DNA of 64,000 nt from Patescibacteria group bacterium (GTDB lineage: Bacteria > Patescibacteriota > UBA1384 > 2-12-FULL-50-11). Shown here in pieces: positions 1 through 10,423 of this stretch. Position numbers and translations under genes: made by a program. Under the pieces are notes generated by a model, which ran no database searches, was not told the origin of the DNA, and saw only the letters and a program-made list of their open reading frames with translations. The stretch spans positions 77,107-141,106 of the forward strand of contig BOKZ01000001.1 in assembly GCA_016861245.1 (NCBI GenBank), written 5' to 3'. The first letter of the stretch is position 1. Each line of letters starts with the position of its first letter.

Positions 1-3000
1 TTTACCTCTACCACAAGTGGTAAGACCCTTAACGGTCAGATGACCGGCTCAAACGACGACTTTTATAATCTGGTTTTTGATGGTGTTAGCGGCGCCTGGA
101 CGTTCAACGCTGCCGTTGATGTTGCTAACGACTTTACAGTTACCAACGGCTCCGTCACCGCCAACGGAAATAATCTTACCGTTACCCGAGACTTTACGCT
201 CGCTAACACGTCGGGTGTTTCGTATGTGGCTGGTACTACAACCATTACGGTTTCACGTCATTACACCGATCTTGGCAGTAAGTTTTCGGCTGGAACATCG
301 ACGCTTACTATGAACGGTACGGGTGCGCTCGACCACGCCAATGCCTTTGCATTCTACAACCTTAATCTCGCCTACTCCGGCTTTACAACAACTATGGGCA
401 CCTCAAAATCAACTCGGGTTAGTAACGACGCCACCTTAAACGGCGGAACAATGACCGGAAGCAGTACTTCTTTGGAGTTTCCATCAACGACCACAAACAC
501 ACCGCTCACCTTCAATTCACCCACAACCCTCAACGGTACAGGCTTTAACATTATCGGTTACGGTGCAAACACAGCTAGTATTACAGTAACAATTGGCAGC
601 GGCGACTACGGAAACTGGAACCTGTTTTTCTTTGCCTCAGCTAATAATGTTGCTCATAACTTTGGCGGTAATGTCACGACAACTGCCCACTCCCGCTTTT
701 ATGCTGGTGGTGCCGTGACGGGTTTAACGCTGAACACCCAAGGGCATAACTTTACCTCTGGTAGCTTCAGACTTGGATCAGGTGGCGCAACCCAAACAGT
801 CTCGGCAAATTTTGGTGCCTCAGCTGTTACCTTCACAAGTACAGTAGATGCGATAGACGCAGAAAATACCGGAGGAACGTATAATTTAGATCTTGGATCA
901 TCGACTGTTGATGTAAAGGGTAACGTTTTATTCCTAGATGGTAGTGGCAGTATAAGCGTTACGCCAGGTACTTCTACTCTTAAATGGACCCACACTTCCG
1001 GGACCAAGACGTACACACCCAACGGACAGTCGCTCTACAACATGGAACTTGATGCCTCCGGCGGAGTTGTCCAGTCAACGGCAGCCGTTGATGTAAACAA
1101 CAACTTCACGGTTACCGCCGGAACGTATGACCTCAACTTTAGTGGGTTAACTATCGGTGGTAATTATTCAAATTCTGGAACTTTCACGGCTACTACCGCC
1201 ACAGTTACGTTTGATGCTACCGATACCGGCAATACGCTCAGCGGAACAATGACCGGTTCGTCAGCATTTTGGAACGTTGTATTTAATGGCACTGGCGGCG
1301 AGTGGACAGTAAACGCCTCCCTGAAGATTGATAACGACTTAACAATGACGGCTGGGACATTCCTTGGGGCACAAGATATTACCGTTGCCGGTAACGCAGT
1401 AGGAACAGCGGGAATAATCAACTTAAGCGGTGGCACATTTGACATGCGGCCATATTCTGTATCGCCCAATTTTGGTACTACGTCTGGATCTACGGCTTGG
1501 ACCTTTAACAACCTCTCATTCTCATCAGCTCATCCGTTTGATCCAAAAGTTATCACAACCAACACCGGTGGTACGGGGGGAATTAATGTTAGTGGGACTA
1601 TGACGATCGGGAAGGTCGGAGACAGTGAAAGTACAACGCTCAATGCAGGTAATCGAACCTGGACACTCTCGGGGACTAGCGGCGATCCGTTCCAAATTCT
1701 TGCCTCCCCTGCCGGTGACCTAACACCAGAAACTTCCACATTTACTTACACTGGCAACAACGGCTCCGGCGACACTACTATCCAGAGCGAGACGTACAAC
1801 ATACTTCAAGTTAATAACGGCTCAGAAACCTTTAACCTGGAAGCAGCAACATTCAGCAGCGATGTCACAATTACGGCCGGAACGCTGGCGCTAAACGGAC
1901 AAACCCTAAACGCTACTAATGATTTAGCGGTAAACGGAACATTATCGGGATCAACAAACGTAACTGTTAACGGCTCGGTTACTGGATCGGGAACAATTAA
2001 TCTTTCTGGCGGTACATTTACTCAAAGAATAACGGCTAACGCCAACGAGACTTTTGGTAGTACAAGCGGAACTAATAACTGGACGTTTAATAACTTATTG
2101 TTTAGAAATTCCGACACAAACAATCACTCAATCACCGTAAATCCTACTGGCAGCGGACAAATTATCGTTGGTGCAACCGCTACATTTGGAAGCGGTACGG
2201 ATACCAACACCGTTACCGTTGATTTCGATACGAACGATCGAATACTCGATGTTAACGGAAGTGTAGATATCACAACACTTGGTATATTAGAGCCCTCAAG
2301 TAGCGCCTCCTTTACCGTCGGCGACAACTGGACAAATAACGGAACGGTAACGTTTGATACTACGACAACAGCAACATTTGCCGGTGCGACAACGTTCTAC
2401 AATTTTACCTCCACAACAGCCGCTAAAACGCTCGAATTCACTTCTGGTCAAACATTTACCATCGACACAGGCGGCTTACTTACTCTTACCGGTGCAGCCG
2501 ACCCGAACGAGATTCAGATTAAATCAACAACACCGACTAGCCAGTGGTTTATTAATCACCAGGGAACAGAATCAGTTAGCTACGTCCAAGTTGTAGACTC
2601 TGGCTGTGACGTTGCCAGTACTCAAATTAGCACTTCTAACTCAGTTAATGACGGCAACAACGGCTCGTGTTGGCTCTTTGGCTCAACGTTCGAGCAAGCC
2701 GATTATCGATTTGGGGAAGATCCAGAAGATAGCTCCACTGGTATAGATTACTCTGGGCCAGCTGAAAATACAGCGTACACTTCTCCGGGCACAAGCGACG
2801 GCTTCCGGTTGCGAATGCTTATTCACGTTGGCGGCAGCAACCTCGCCCAAAACGGCGAGACGTTTAAGTTGCAGTTTGGCGAAAAAACAGCAGCCAACTG
2901 TACTACCGGCGTTTCCTGGGCTGACGTGAGCCCGAGTTCGGGAGTGATTCGCTACCTCGATGCTGCGCCAGCAGACGGCGATAATATTTCGAGCGTTGCC

Positions 3001-3693
3001 GGCGACCCAGATCACTCTGGCCACACCAAGCAGTATCAAGATTTCGAAGAGGCAAATAACTTTACTAACTCAGTTTCGGCGATAAACTCTGGTCAGGACG
3101 GCGTCTGGGCTTTCTCGCTTGTTAATCACTCAGCGGTTGGCGGTAAGCGCTATTGTTTTAAGGCAGTTAAATCAACCGGAGCAGACTTAGATACGTATAG
3201 TTTCTACCCTGAAGTCATTATCGACGAAGAGCTAGTTTTCTCTCTAGATGCGACATCGAAGAACTTCGGCGTCGTACAACCAGGTGATAACCCAACAAAC
3301 CAAACTTCGACCGTAACCGTTACTACTAACTCGGCTACCGGCTACGTGGTTTACACTTGGAGCACTCAAGCAATGACCAAGGGCGCGCATACTATCCCGG
3401 ATTGGAGCGGTACCAACGCCTCGCCAACTAGTTTTCCAAACGGTAGCTTCGGTTTCGGCTACTCAACCGACGACAGTACATTAACTGGCGGTACAGCCGA
3501 TCGCTTTACGAACGGCGGCGCCAAATACGCCGGTTTTATTCATAACGGTCCTGGCGATCCGGTTGCCGATCGGACCAGCGGACCGGTAGTGAATGAGCAA
3601 AACACCATTACCTATCGACTAGCTGGTGGCGTGGGGCAGCAAGCCGGTACGTATACAACAGTAGTGGTCTATGTCGTTGCCACTACCTTCTAG
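1..3693 (+). CDS. Large repetitive T/G/S/N-rich surface protein (5'-truncated by the window) with a C-terminal WxL-like domain
   Basis: Frame is open from base 1 (FTSTTSGKTLNGQM...). Imperfect internal repeats (MTGS..F.N.VF.G..G.WT; INLSGGTF...FG.TSG...WTFNNL). Ends YRLAGGVGQQAGTYTTVVVYVVATTF. Confidence 0.7.
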   Translation, partial: FTSTTSGKTLNGQMTGSNDDFYNLVFDGVSGAWTFNAAVDVANDFTVTNGSVTANGNNLTVTRDFTLANTSGVSYVAGTTTITVSRHYTDLGSKFSAGTSTLTMNGTGALDHANAFAFYNLNLAYSGFTTTMGTSKSTRVSNDATLNGGTMTGSSTSLEFPSTTTNTPLTFNSPTTLNGTGFNIIGYGANTASITVTIGSGDYGNWNLFFFASANNVAHNFGGNVTTTAHSRFYAGGAVTGLTLNTQGHNFTSGSFRLGSGGATQTVSANFGASAVTFTSTVDAIDAENTGGTYNLDLGSSTVDVKGNVLFLDGSGSISVTPGTSTLKWTHTSGTKTYTPNGQSLYNMELDASGGVVQSTAAVDVNNNFTVTAGTYDLNFSGLTIGGNYSNSGTFTATTATVTFDATDTGNTLSGTMTGSSAFWNVVFNGTGGEWTVNASLKIDNDLTMTAGTFLGAQDITVAGNAVGTAGIINLSGGTFDMRPYSVSPNFGTTSGSTAWTFNNLSFSSAHPFDPKVITTNTGGTGGINVSGTMTIGKVGDSESTTLNAGNRTWTLSGTSGDPFQILASPAGDLTPETSTFTYTGNNGSGDTTIQSETYNILQVNNGSETFNLEAATFSSDVTITAGTLALNGQTLNATNDLAVNGTLSGSTNVTVNGSVTGSGTINLSGGTFTQRITANANETFGSTSGTNNWTFNNLLFRNSDTNNHSITVNPTGSGQIIVGATATFGSGTDTNTVTVDFDTNDRILDVNGSVDITTLGILEPSSSASFTVGDNWTNNGTVTFDTTTTATFAGATTFYNFTSTTAAKTLEFTSGQTFTIDTGGLLTLTGAADPNEIQIKSTTPTSQWFINHQGTESVSYVQVVDSGCDVASTQISTSNSVNDGNNGSCWLFGSTFEQADYRFGEDPEDSSTGIDYSGPAENTAYTSPGTSDGFRLRMLIHVGGSNLAQNGETFKLQFGEKTAANCTTGVSWADVSPSSGVIRYLDAAPADGDNISSVAGDPDHSGHTKQYQDFEEANNFTNSVSAINSGQDGVWAFSLVNHSAVGGKRYCFKAVKSTGADLDTYSFYPEVIIDEELVFSLDATSKNFGVVQPGDNPTNQTSTVTVTTNSATGYVVYTWSTQAMTKGAHTIPDWSGTNASPTSFPNGSFGFGYSTDDSTLTGGTADRFTNGGAKYAGFIHNGPGDPVADRTSGPVVNEQNTITYRLAGGVGQQAGTYTTVVVYVVATTF

Positions 3694-3695
3694 CT

Positions 3696-4679
3696 ATGAT
3701 GAGACGTATGAGGTTTAGAATACTACTGGCCACTACTGCCTTGATACTCCTTAGTTTAAACGTACCAAGTGATATCTCTGCTCAGGGCGGCGCGATTAGC
3801 CCGACGATCGGCGTATCTCCAACGAAAGTTCTCGAAAGCATCACCCCCGGGAAAGAACAGACATTCACTGTTAGACTGCGTAATTATGGTCGCGATTCGC
3901 TGCCCCTGGCCGGCTCAACGCAAGGAATCTCGACGATCGGAGAAACAGGAGTGCCAATATTTACTAACAACGTTACACCGCATTCGGCTAGTAGCTGGCT
4001 CGAAGTGGCAAACAAAGATGTTATTGTCGAACCAGGCGAACAACAGGAAGTGACAATTACCGCCAAGCCGCCGCAAGACTTAGCGCCAGGAAGCTATCAC
4101 GCTGGCATTATTTTCCAAGCAAAATTGCCGTCGTATTACTTTGACCTCGACAGCGACACCAGGGTTCTACCGGCGATTAGCGTACTCTTCTTCTTAACTG
4201 TTGAGAGCGATACGTTACCGACCGTAGAAGATTTAAAAATAACCGGCATTCAAGTACCGAGAATCGTTGTAAGTACACCGCTATCCGTTACCGCTCAAAT
4301 CCAAAACCCGAGCAACTTTTACGTGCAAGCCGACGCCAAGGCCACTATTCGTGGTGGGTTAAATAATAAAAACGATAGCGAGGAAATCGGTCGGGTGTTG
4401 CTACTGCCAGAAGGTGTGAGAAAGTTCGTAAGCGCATATAGCAATCGCCTCTTGCCTGGCATCTATACCGCCTCAGTCGAGCTAAAACAAGGTGATAAGG
4501 TATTGGTGGCCAGCGCTAAGTTCGTAGCGATGCCCTGGCAATTTACCATCGGGTTAATTATCGGGACGTTTATTATTCTATTCTTTGCTTTCCGCCGTCG
4601 CTTTAAACACGCCTATCGAGTACTAGTCGGCAAGGAACCGCTTCACCCACCGCGCAAGCGCCAACCGACCCTACGATAG
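3696..4679 (+). CDS. DUF916/DUF3324-like Ig-fold protein with signal peptide and C-terminal TM helix
   Basis: Signal peptide; motifs GVSPT, SWLEV..KDVIVEPGEQQEV, PPQDLAPGSYHAGIIF, QNPSN; MPW then TM and basic tail. Confidence 0.65.
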   Translation: MMRRMRFRILLATTALILLSLNVPSDISAQGGAISPTIGVSPTKVLESITPGKEQTFTVRLRNYGRDSLPLAGSTQGISTIGETGVPIFTNNVTPHSASSWLEVANKDVIVEPGEQQEVTITAKPPQDLAPGSYHAGIIFQAKLPSYYFDLDSDTRVLPAISVLFFLTVESDTLPTVEDLKITGIQVPRIVVSTPLSVTAQIQNPSNFYVQADAKATIRGGLNNKNDSEEIGRVLLLPEGVRKFVSAYSNRLLPGIYTASVELKQGDKVLVASAKFVAMPWQFTIGLIIGTFIILFFAFRRRFKHAYRVLVGKEPLHPPRKRQPTLR

Positions 4680-4682
4680 TGC

Positions 4683-4740
4683 TTGACAGACAATTTAGGA
4701 TTATGGATAGTTATTAATAGATATGAAGAACTTTGGAGGG
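4683..4740 (+). promoter_or_regulatory. Putative promoter (-35 TTGACA) and Shine-Dalgarno for the 4747 gene
   Basis: TTGACA at 4683-4688; GGAGGG at 4735-4740; ATG at 4747. The -10 box is ambiguous. Confidence 0.45.
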
Positions 4741-4746
4741 GAATCT

Positions 4747-5895
4747 ATGAGTAAAACGCTAGGGAAACTATTCAGGACATCGCTCGTTGTCGGCTTGATT
4801 GCAATTCAGTTTATTGCGCCAAGAGCTCTCGCGGCACCAGTAGAAGATTTGAGTATTCTACTCTCCGATTCCCGAGCTTCGACAGCTACGAACGTAACAA
4901 TTACGTACGATCAGGCAGCCGGTGGTGACTTTAGCGCTGGTGACACGATCGTTGTTACCTTCCCTACCGCGTTCGATACTTCTGGTTTTGCAAGTACCGA
5001 TGCACTTGACTACGACATCACTATTAATGGCGTGGAGGAAACAATAGTGGACTCAGGAGATGCCTGCACCACAGATGTGATTGAAATTACTACAGTGGCT
5101 TCGGACGTGTTTACATTTACCGCATGCTCGGGATTTGTGGGAGAAGCAGCTGGCACTATCATTGTAATTGAGATAGGTACTCATGCTACTGCCGGTGGTA
5201 CAGGAAATACCCAGGCAGTAAACTCAACTGCCGCCACCTATACCTTTAATGTTGACAGTACCGATGAAGACGCAAAGGACGCCCTTGTTGCCGTGACCAG
5301 CGGAGTAACACTTTCAGCTACAATTGACGAGACACTCACCTTTACAGTAGCTGGTGTTACAACAGGTAACTGTAGCGTATCCGGCGGTACAGAAATTGAC
5401 ACATCTGGTAGCGCTACGACAATTCCATTTGGCACAATCAACTCAGATGCATTTTACGACGCTTGTCAGAACCTAACAGTAGGAACAAACGCTGCTGGTG
5501 GTTACTCGACGACCGTAAAAACGACTGCCCGACCAACCTCAGGATCAAACACAATCTCAGAGGGTACATGTGATGGCGGTTGTAGTGATACAGTTGCAGC
5601 TGCTTGGGCTACTGCGACAAATAACGGTTACGGTTACTGTCTTAAAGATGAAGTCGGTGACGGCGCTGTTACATCTGGCTGGAGCGGTACAAATGAATGT
5701 GGTGACGGTACTCAACATTTCAAGACAATCAATCGAGTAGATGCAACCGAATCTGGCCAATCGATTATGGCAAGTGCTGTCGCAACGTCAACCAACGATC
5801 AAACTGAAATAGGTTACCGAATTGCCGTTGGAGCGGGACAAGCTGCTGGTACTTACACCACAGTAATCATTTACGTAACGACGCCAACGTTCTAG
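4747..5895 (+). CDS. Secreted acidic protein with a C-terminal WxL-like domain (candidate major structural subunit)
   Basis: Signal peptide ending ALA-A; several Cys pairs; C-terminus YRIAVGAGQAAGTYTTVIIYVTTPTF parallels the 1-3693 C-terminus. Start chosen from the SD. Confidence 0.65.
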   Translation: MSKTLGKLFRTSLVVGLIAIQFIAPRALAAPVEDLSILLSDSRASTATNVTITYDQAAGGDFSAGDTIVVTFPTAFDTSGFASTDALDYDITINGVEETIVDSGDACTTDVIEITTVASDVFTFTACSGFVGEAAGTIIVIEIGTHATAGGTGNTQAVNSTAATYTFNVDSTDEDAKDALVAVTSGVTLSATIDETLTFTVAGVTTGNCSVSGGTEIDTSGSATTIPFGTINSDAFYDACQNLTVGTNAAGGYSTTVKTTARPTSGSNTISEGTCDGGCSDTVAAAWATATNNGYGYCLKDEVGDGAVTSGWSGTNECGDGTQHFKTINRVDATESGQSIMASAVATSTNDQTEIGYRIAVGAGQAAGTYTTVIIYVTTPTF

Positions 5896-5904
5896 AATAC
5901 AAAC

Positions 5905-6903
5905 ATGGAGTTCGAGGTGAAACCTCTCCTCTCCTTCGGGAGGAGAGTATCACTAGTTTTGGTCGCTCTTGGATTGGTGTTTTTGGTAAATAGTTCAAGA
6001 ATTGAAGCACAGGAAGCCGGTGAGAAAGTGGCGCTATCGATCTCTCCTTTAAACTTTGAATTCACTATTAACCCGGGTGAAACTCGTGAGGACGTAGTTA
6101 AGGTTACGAACCCAGACAGTGAGAAGACACAAACGATCACAATGGCAGTAGAACCGTTTCGTGGCGATGAAACAGGCCAGGTAACGGTGCTAGATGAAGA
6201 AGAGGACGATCCTGCCTATTCGTTAAAGCAATGGGTAACGATCTCGCCAAAAACTTTTACGCTTAAGCCTCGCGAGACTCGGGTAGTTACGTTCAAGACA
6301 GTTGTTCCCAAAAATGCCGAGCCAGGCGGTAAATACGGGGCTATAGTTGCCTCAACAGAACGCGGCGAGATTGGGCAAACAGGTGCTGTCACAGTTCAGA
6401 AAGTCGGTTCGCTCGTCTTACTGACAGTCCAAGGCTTTATTCAGTATAACGCCTCAGCCCGAGACTTTTATACAGTTAACAATACTGAAGATATCAGAGA
6501 CAGGGCACCTCAAAGCCTTTACGAGAAATCACCTGTTTATTTCCTGACCAGGCTACATAACAACGGCACAGTCCACATTAAACCGAAGGGCTTTATTACG
6601 ATATCGAACATTTTTGGTAAAAAAGTTGCTGATATCGAGGTTCCGGCGAAAAACGTGCTACCAGGGTCGGATCGCGCTCAGGTTGTTGAGTGGAACGACG
6701 CCAAGATGGGTCGATACACAGCAACGATGGTATTAAATTACGGCGATAAGAACCAGCAGATTACGGCAACGACATCGTTTACGGTATTCCCATGGAAAAC
6801 CGGTGTGCCGATTATTGTTGGGGTATTGGTACTGCTCTGGTTCCTAATAGCGAGACGTGCTCGAGTGGCTCGAGCTCTGAGTATAATATTTGGCAAACAT
6901 TAG
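5905..6903 (+). CDS. Second DUF916/DUF3324-like membrane-anchored protein
   Basis: Motifs ISP, QWVTISPKTFTLKP.E, VPKNAEPGGKYGAI, HNNGTVHIKP.G, NVLPG; FPW then TM. Confidence 0.7.
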   Translation: MEFEVKPLLSFGRRVSLVLVALGLVFLVNSSRIEAQEAGEKVALSISPLNFEFTINPGETREDVVKVTNPDSEKTQTITMAVEPFRGDETGQVTVLDEEEDDPAYSLKQWVTISPKTFTLKPRETRVVTFKTVVPKNAEPGGKYGAIVASTERGEIGQTGAVTVQKVGSLVLLTVQGFIQYNASARDFYTVNNTEDIRDRAPQSLYEKSPVYFLTRLHNNGTVHIKPKGFITISNIFGKKVADIEVPAKNVLPGSDRAQVVEWNDAKMGRYTATMVLNYGDKNQQITATTSFTVFPWKTGVPIIVGVLVLLWFLIARRARVARALSIIFGKH

Positions 6904-6906
6904 CCC

Positions 6907-8148
6907 ATGACATGGGCGGGTCGGCTCCAAAACTTATTATCGGCGCTAATTATTTGTTTAGGCTTACTATTTCCGTATAGCGCACAGGCTGCCAAGCCGG
7001 ATCGGGTTGAAGATTTACTCAGCGACTCGCGGGCAGGGGTTACCTCAAGGCACACAATAACGATCGACCAAACTGGAGCAACGTCGTTCGACGCGACCGA
7101 TACAATTACCTTAACCTTTCCTAACTCGTTTACCGTCCCCGCCTTCACTCCATCCGACGTTACCTTTAACGACGGCTCTGCCCGAACAGTCGTTAACCCG
7201 TGCTCTGCTGGTGCAAACAACATCAGTATAGGGGTATCTGGCCAGGTTGTTACTTTTACCGCCTGTAGCGGATTTTCCTCTAGCGCCACGGGCAGCGTAA
7301 TCACAATCGTGCTTGGTACCGGCGCAACACAAATAACCAACCCGTCTACCTCTAGCGTGTACGTGGTCGAAACTGCTGGCACGTATGGCGACTCGGCACA
7401 AGGCGCAGCCGTTGCTATCACAACGGGAGTAAACCTGTCATTCACGATCCCAAGCCCGACGGGTAACGTCCGCTTTACCGGAGATGCCTTTCCGAACGCT
7501 ATAATCACAATCCTGGATGGCGGCTCGGTTGCTGGAACAGGAACAGCAAATAGTGTTAGCTTTTTTGACAAAACAATTACCGGTCTCGTGCCAGGAGTTC
7601 ATACTTTCAGTATCTACGGCCAGGCGCTCGACGGTCGAAAGACACTGACGATTAGTTTTAATTTAAACGTGATATCTGGCACAACCGTAACAATTAGCGG
7701 CATTCTCTTGCCGCCGATTTTAACCGTACCTAGTCAAGAAAAGCGGCCGAAAACCTTCGTCCAGTCTGGTTTAGCCAGACACAATAGCACCATCACAACC
7801 TTTACTGCCGGTCCGACCAACACCAATCAGCAAGCTACAACTAATAGTAGTGGCGAGTGGACGATTAACGTCCCCCTGGTTCTTCACTTGGGCGCGCACA
7901 CCGTCTCTGGTCTCGTCAACGACGGGAACGGCAACCAGAGCGTACTGACCGCCGCATCGAACTTTGAAATCCTACTTTCGGCCGATCTAAACGTAGATAA
8001 TTTGGTGAGTTTAACCGACTTTTCAATGCTGATGTTTAATTACGGCCTCTCGAACCCGCCGAACGCTGCTGCCGATATTAACGACAACGGCGGCCAAGTT
8101 GACCTAGTAGATTTCTCCGTGATGATGTTTTATTGGACAGGAGGTTGA
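6907..8148 (+). CDS. Secreted Ig-like protein with a C-terminal dockerin-like duplicated Ca-binding domain
   Basis: Two repeats, ADLNVDNLVSLTDFSMLM and ADINDNGGQVDLVDFSVMM. N-terminal domain is paralogous to 4747-5895. Confidence 0.7.
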   Translation: MTWAGRLQNLLSALIICLGLLFPYSAQAAKPDRVEDLLSDSRAGVTSRHTITIDQTGATSFDATDTITLTFPNSFTVPAFTPSDVTFNDGSARTVVNPCSAGANNISIGVSGQVVTFTACSGFSSSATGSVITIVLGTGATQITNPSTSSVYVVETAGTYGDSAQGAAVAITTGVNLSFTIPSPTGNVRFTGDAFPNAIITILDGGSVAGTGTANSVSFFDKTITGLVPGVHTFSIYGQALDGRKTLTISFNLNVISGTTVTISGILLPPILTVPSQEKRPKTFVQSGLARHNSTITTFTAGPTNTNQQATTNSSGEWTINVPLVLHLGAHTVSGLVNDGNGNQSVLTAASNFEILLSADLNVDNLVSLTDFSMLMFNYGLSNPPNAAADINDNGGQVDLVDFSVMMFYWTGG

Positions 8149-8227
8149 TGGAATCAACTGAGTGGACAATGAAAGTTCGAGAATTTTCGAAGAAAATTAA
8201 GATGTTTTATTGGACAGGAGGTTGATG
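8124..8227 (+). repeat. 27-bp perfect direct repeat (8124-8150 and 8201-8227) with a 50-bp spacer
   Basis: GATGTTTTATTGGACAGGAGGTTGATG occurs twice. Confidence 0.95.
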
Positions 8228-8725
8228 AATAGACTTCGTTATACTCTCCTACTCCTAGCCATTATCGGATCTGGTGCTCTGCTCTATTTTTCGCTGACTC
8301 GAGAAAAAATACCAGCAAAGATCGTTTTAGATGTTCCGCAGTCGATCAAACAATCAGAGACCTTCGATGTCCCGCTGAGAATTTCTACCACCACAGCGAT
8401 GAACGCCGCTGAATTCTACTTCTCGTTTCCGGCAGAATTGGTTGAGGTAAGTGAGATTAATCAAACCGGCTCGATTTACTCGCTCTGGATTAAGGACCAG
8501 CCGGCGTTTAACAACGCTCTTGGCGAGCTATCGTTGGCAGGCGGGCTGCCAAAACCTGGCTTTGTCGGTCGTAACGGTTTAATTGCAATAGTAAAATTTA
8601 AAGCCAAAAAACGCGGTGATGGTGTAATAACACTCGATCAAAATAAAAGTAGAATCCTGGCTAACGACGGTCTCGGAACGAAAATTGAAGCTACATTCGA
8701 ACCGGTTACACTGACTGTAAAATAG
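8225..8725 (+). CDS. Single cohesin-like domain protein with N-terminal TM/signal anchor
   Basis: Motifs MNAAE, SIYSLW..QP, AGGLPKPGF, VKFKAK, ILANDG. ATG at 8225 in a TGATG overlap. Confidence 0.65.
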   Translation: MNRLRYTLLLLAIIGSGALLYFSLTREKIPAKIVLDVPQSIKQSETFDVPLRISTTTAMNAAEFYFSFPAELVEVSEINQTGSIYSLWIKDQPAFNNALGELSLAGGLPKPGFVGRNGLIAIVKFKAKKRGDGVITLDQNKSRILANDGLGTKIEATFEPVTLTVK

Positions 8726-8764
8726 ACGCCGCTTTTTCAGTGGTTCTGGTGTAATATGAAGTAG

Positions 8765-10423
8765 ATGAAGGCGAGGGGTCTACTAGTTTTTGGGGCGATA
8801 GTCTTCGGTATACTGCCAGTATTATTAACAGTTAAACCGGTAAAAGCGGCTGCCGCTTCGTATTATTTTTCTCCGAGTACGATCAAGCTTAATGTCGGTC
8901 AGTCGACCACTGTGTCGCTTTTCCTTTCCACCGACACCGCTATTAACGCTGGCGATGGAACTATTGTATTGCCGACTTCTTACGTCAGTGGGAGCTCAAT
9001 TAGTAAATCTGGCTCGATCTTTGCTAACTGGCCCGAAGAGCCGGGTATCAGTGGAGCGAGTATTAGATTTGCCGGCGGTTTACCAACCCCTGGATACCAG
9101 GGAACTTCAGGTAGGGTTCTAAGCGTTACGATTAGAGGAGTTGCGGAAGGAACAGGGTTAATTACCATTTCTGGCGGTCGGATCCTCGCCAATAATTCCG
9201 GTTCGACTAACATCTTCAGTGGTGCGTCATCGGCTACCGTGACGGTAACTCGAGTAGTCACCGGTGCAGCGATCACATCTACAACCCACCCCGATCCGAC
9301 AAAGTGGTACAAGGCAAAAGATGCTAGTTTAGCATGGACAAAACCGACCGGCGCAACAAGTTACTCGTATACCCTCAGCCATGACGGCGGCCAGCCGAGT
9401 AAGTCTGGCTCCGGATCTGCAACGTCGGCTAATTTCTCCGAATTATCCGACGGTATTTGGACGTTTTCGCTCGTAACAACGTTCTCAGACGGCAAGACTG
9501 CCAGCTCTTCCTACACGATTAGAGTCGATACCACCCCGCCGGCAAAATTCGAGTTTACAACTGAACGCAAAAACGGCTCCACCGATCCGTTCCCGGTTAT
9601 TAGTTTTACCACTACCGACACGCCATCTGGAATCGAGCGATACGAAATTATCGTTGATAATAACGAACCGATCTCAACAACTGAAAGCACATTTAAACTG
9701 CCGAAGCAGCGGCCAGGCAAACATACTATTATTGTTAGAGCAATCGACAAAGCAGGTAACAGCACCGACTCTGTCGGCAGTTTTAACGTCGATGGTTTCG
9801 CCGGCCCGATTATTACCGATTACCCCTCAATCGTTTCGATCTTTCAGAAGATTAAGCTAACCGGTACAGCTTTATACGGCGCGAAGGTGCAACTGTACAT
9901 CGGCGGTATCGTGGTAGAAGAATTTATCGTTAAAGATCACCTGAGCGATAACCAGAAAGAGTCTCCGGAGATCGCAACTGTCACAGATGATCGCACTGTT
10001 GAGTGGACATATGAGATGAAAAACGGGCAACTGCCAGGTTATCGGTTACTATACGCCACACAAACCAAGCCCGACGGCGCTGAAAGTAACCAATCTAACC
10101 AAATAAAGTTTCTTGTGGCGCCGGATTCGGTGAACGTATTTGGGTTTAGTGTTCCCCTATTACTCGTTGTCTTTCTCCTACTTATTGTACTAGTAGTTGC
10201 CGGCGCATTTATAGTTATCGGTTACCGTCGCGTAAGAGGCGTCGTAATAAAAAGAAGAAAAAATAACGAAGAACTGGAACGAATAGTAAAAGAAAAAATG
10301 GACGGACTGCAGCACGACTTGGAGCGTCGCATAAGCCGTACTACTAAGGACCCTGATAGCATTATTAAAGACGAGATCGACGGCACAGAAGAAGAGATAA
10401 TTAGCGAGATCGAGAAAAATTGA
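8765..10423 (+). CDS. Cohesin-like plus Ig-like domain protein with C-terminal TM and coiled-coil tail
   Basis: Signal peptide; INAGDG, AGGLPTPGY, ILANN; STTHPDPTKWY; DTTPP; VRAIDKAGN; TM near the C-terminus. Confidence 0.7.
   Translation: MKARGLLVFGAIVFGILPVLLTVKPVKAAAASYYFSPSTIKLNVGQSTTVSLFLSTDTAINAGDGTIVLPTSYVSGSSISKSGSIFANWPEEPGISGASIRFAGGLPTPGYQGTSGRVLSVTIRGVAEGTGLITISGGRILANNSGSTNIFSGASSATVTVTRVVTGAAITSTTHPDPTKWYKAKDASLAWTKPTGATSYSYTLSHDGGQPSKSGSGSATSANFSELSDGIWTFSLVTTFSDGKTASSSYTIRVDTTPPAKFEFTTERKNGSTDPFPVISFTTTDTPSGIERYEIIVDNNEPISTTESTFKLPKQRPGKHTIIVRAIDKAGNSTDSVGSFNVDGFAGPIITDYPSIVSIFQKIKLTGTALYGAKVQLYIGGIVVEEFIVKDHLSDNQKESPEIATVTDDRTVEWTYEMKNGQLPGYRLLYATQTKPDGAESNQSNQIKFLVAPDSVNVFGFSVPLLLVVFLLLIVLVVAGAFIVIGYRRVRGVVIKRRKNNEELERIVKEKMDGLQHDLERRISRTTKDPDSIIKDEIDGTEEEIISEIEKN

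Noticed and set aside
8124-8227. Possible mini-CRISPR
   Set aside because: Only two copies, the repeat is coding sequence, it is not palindromic, and no cas genes are present.
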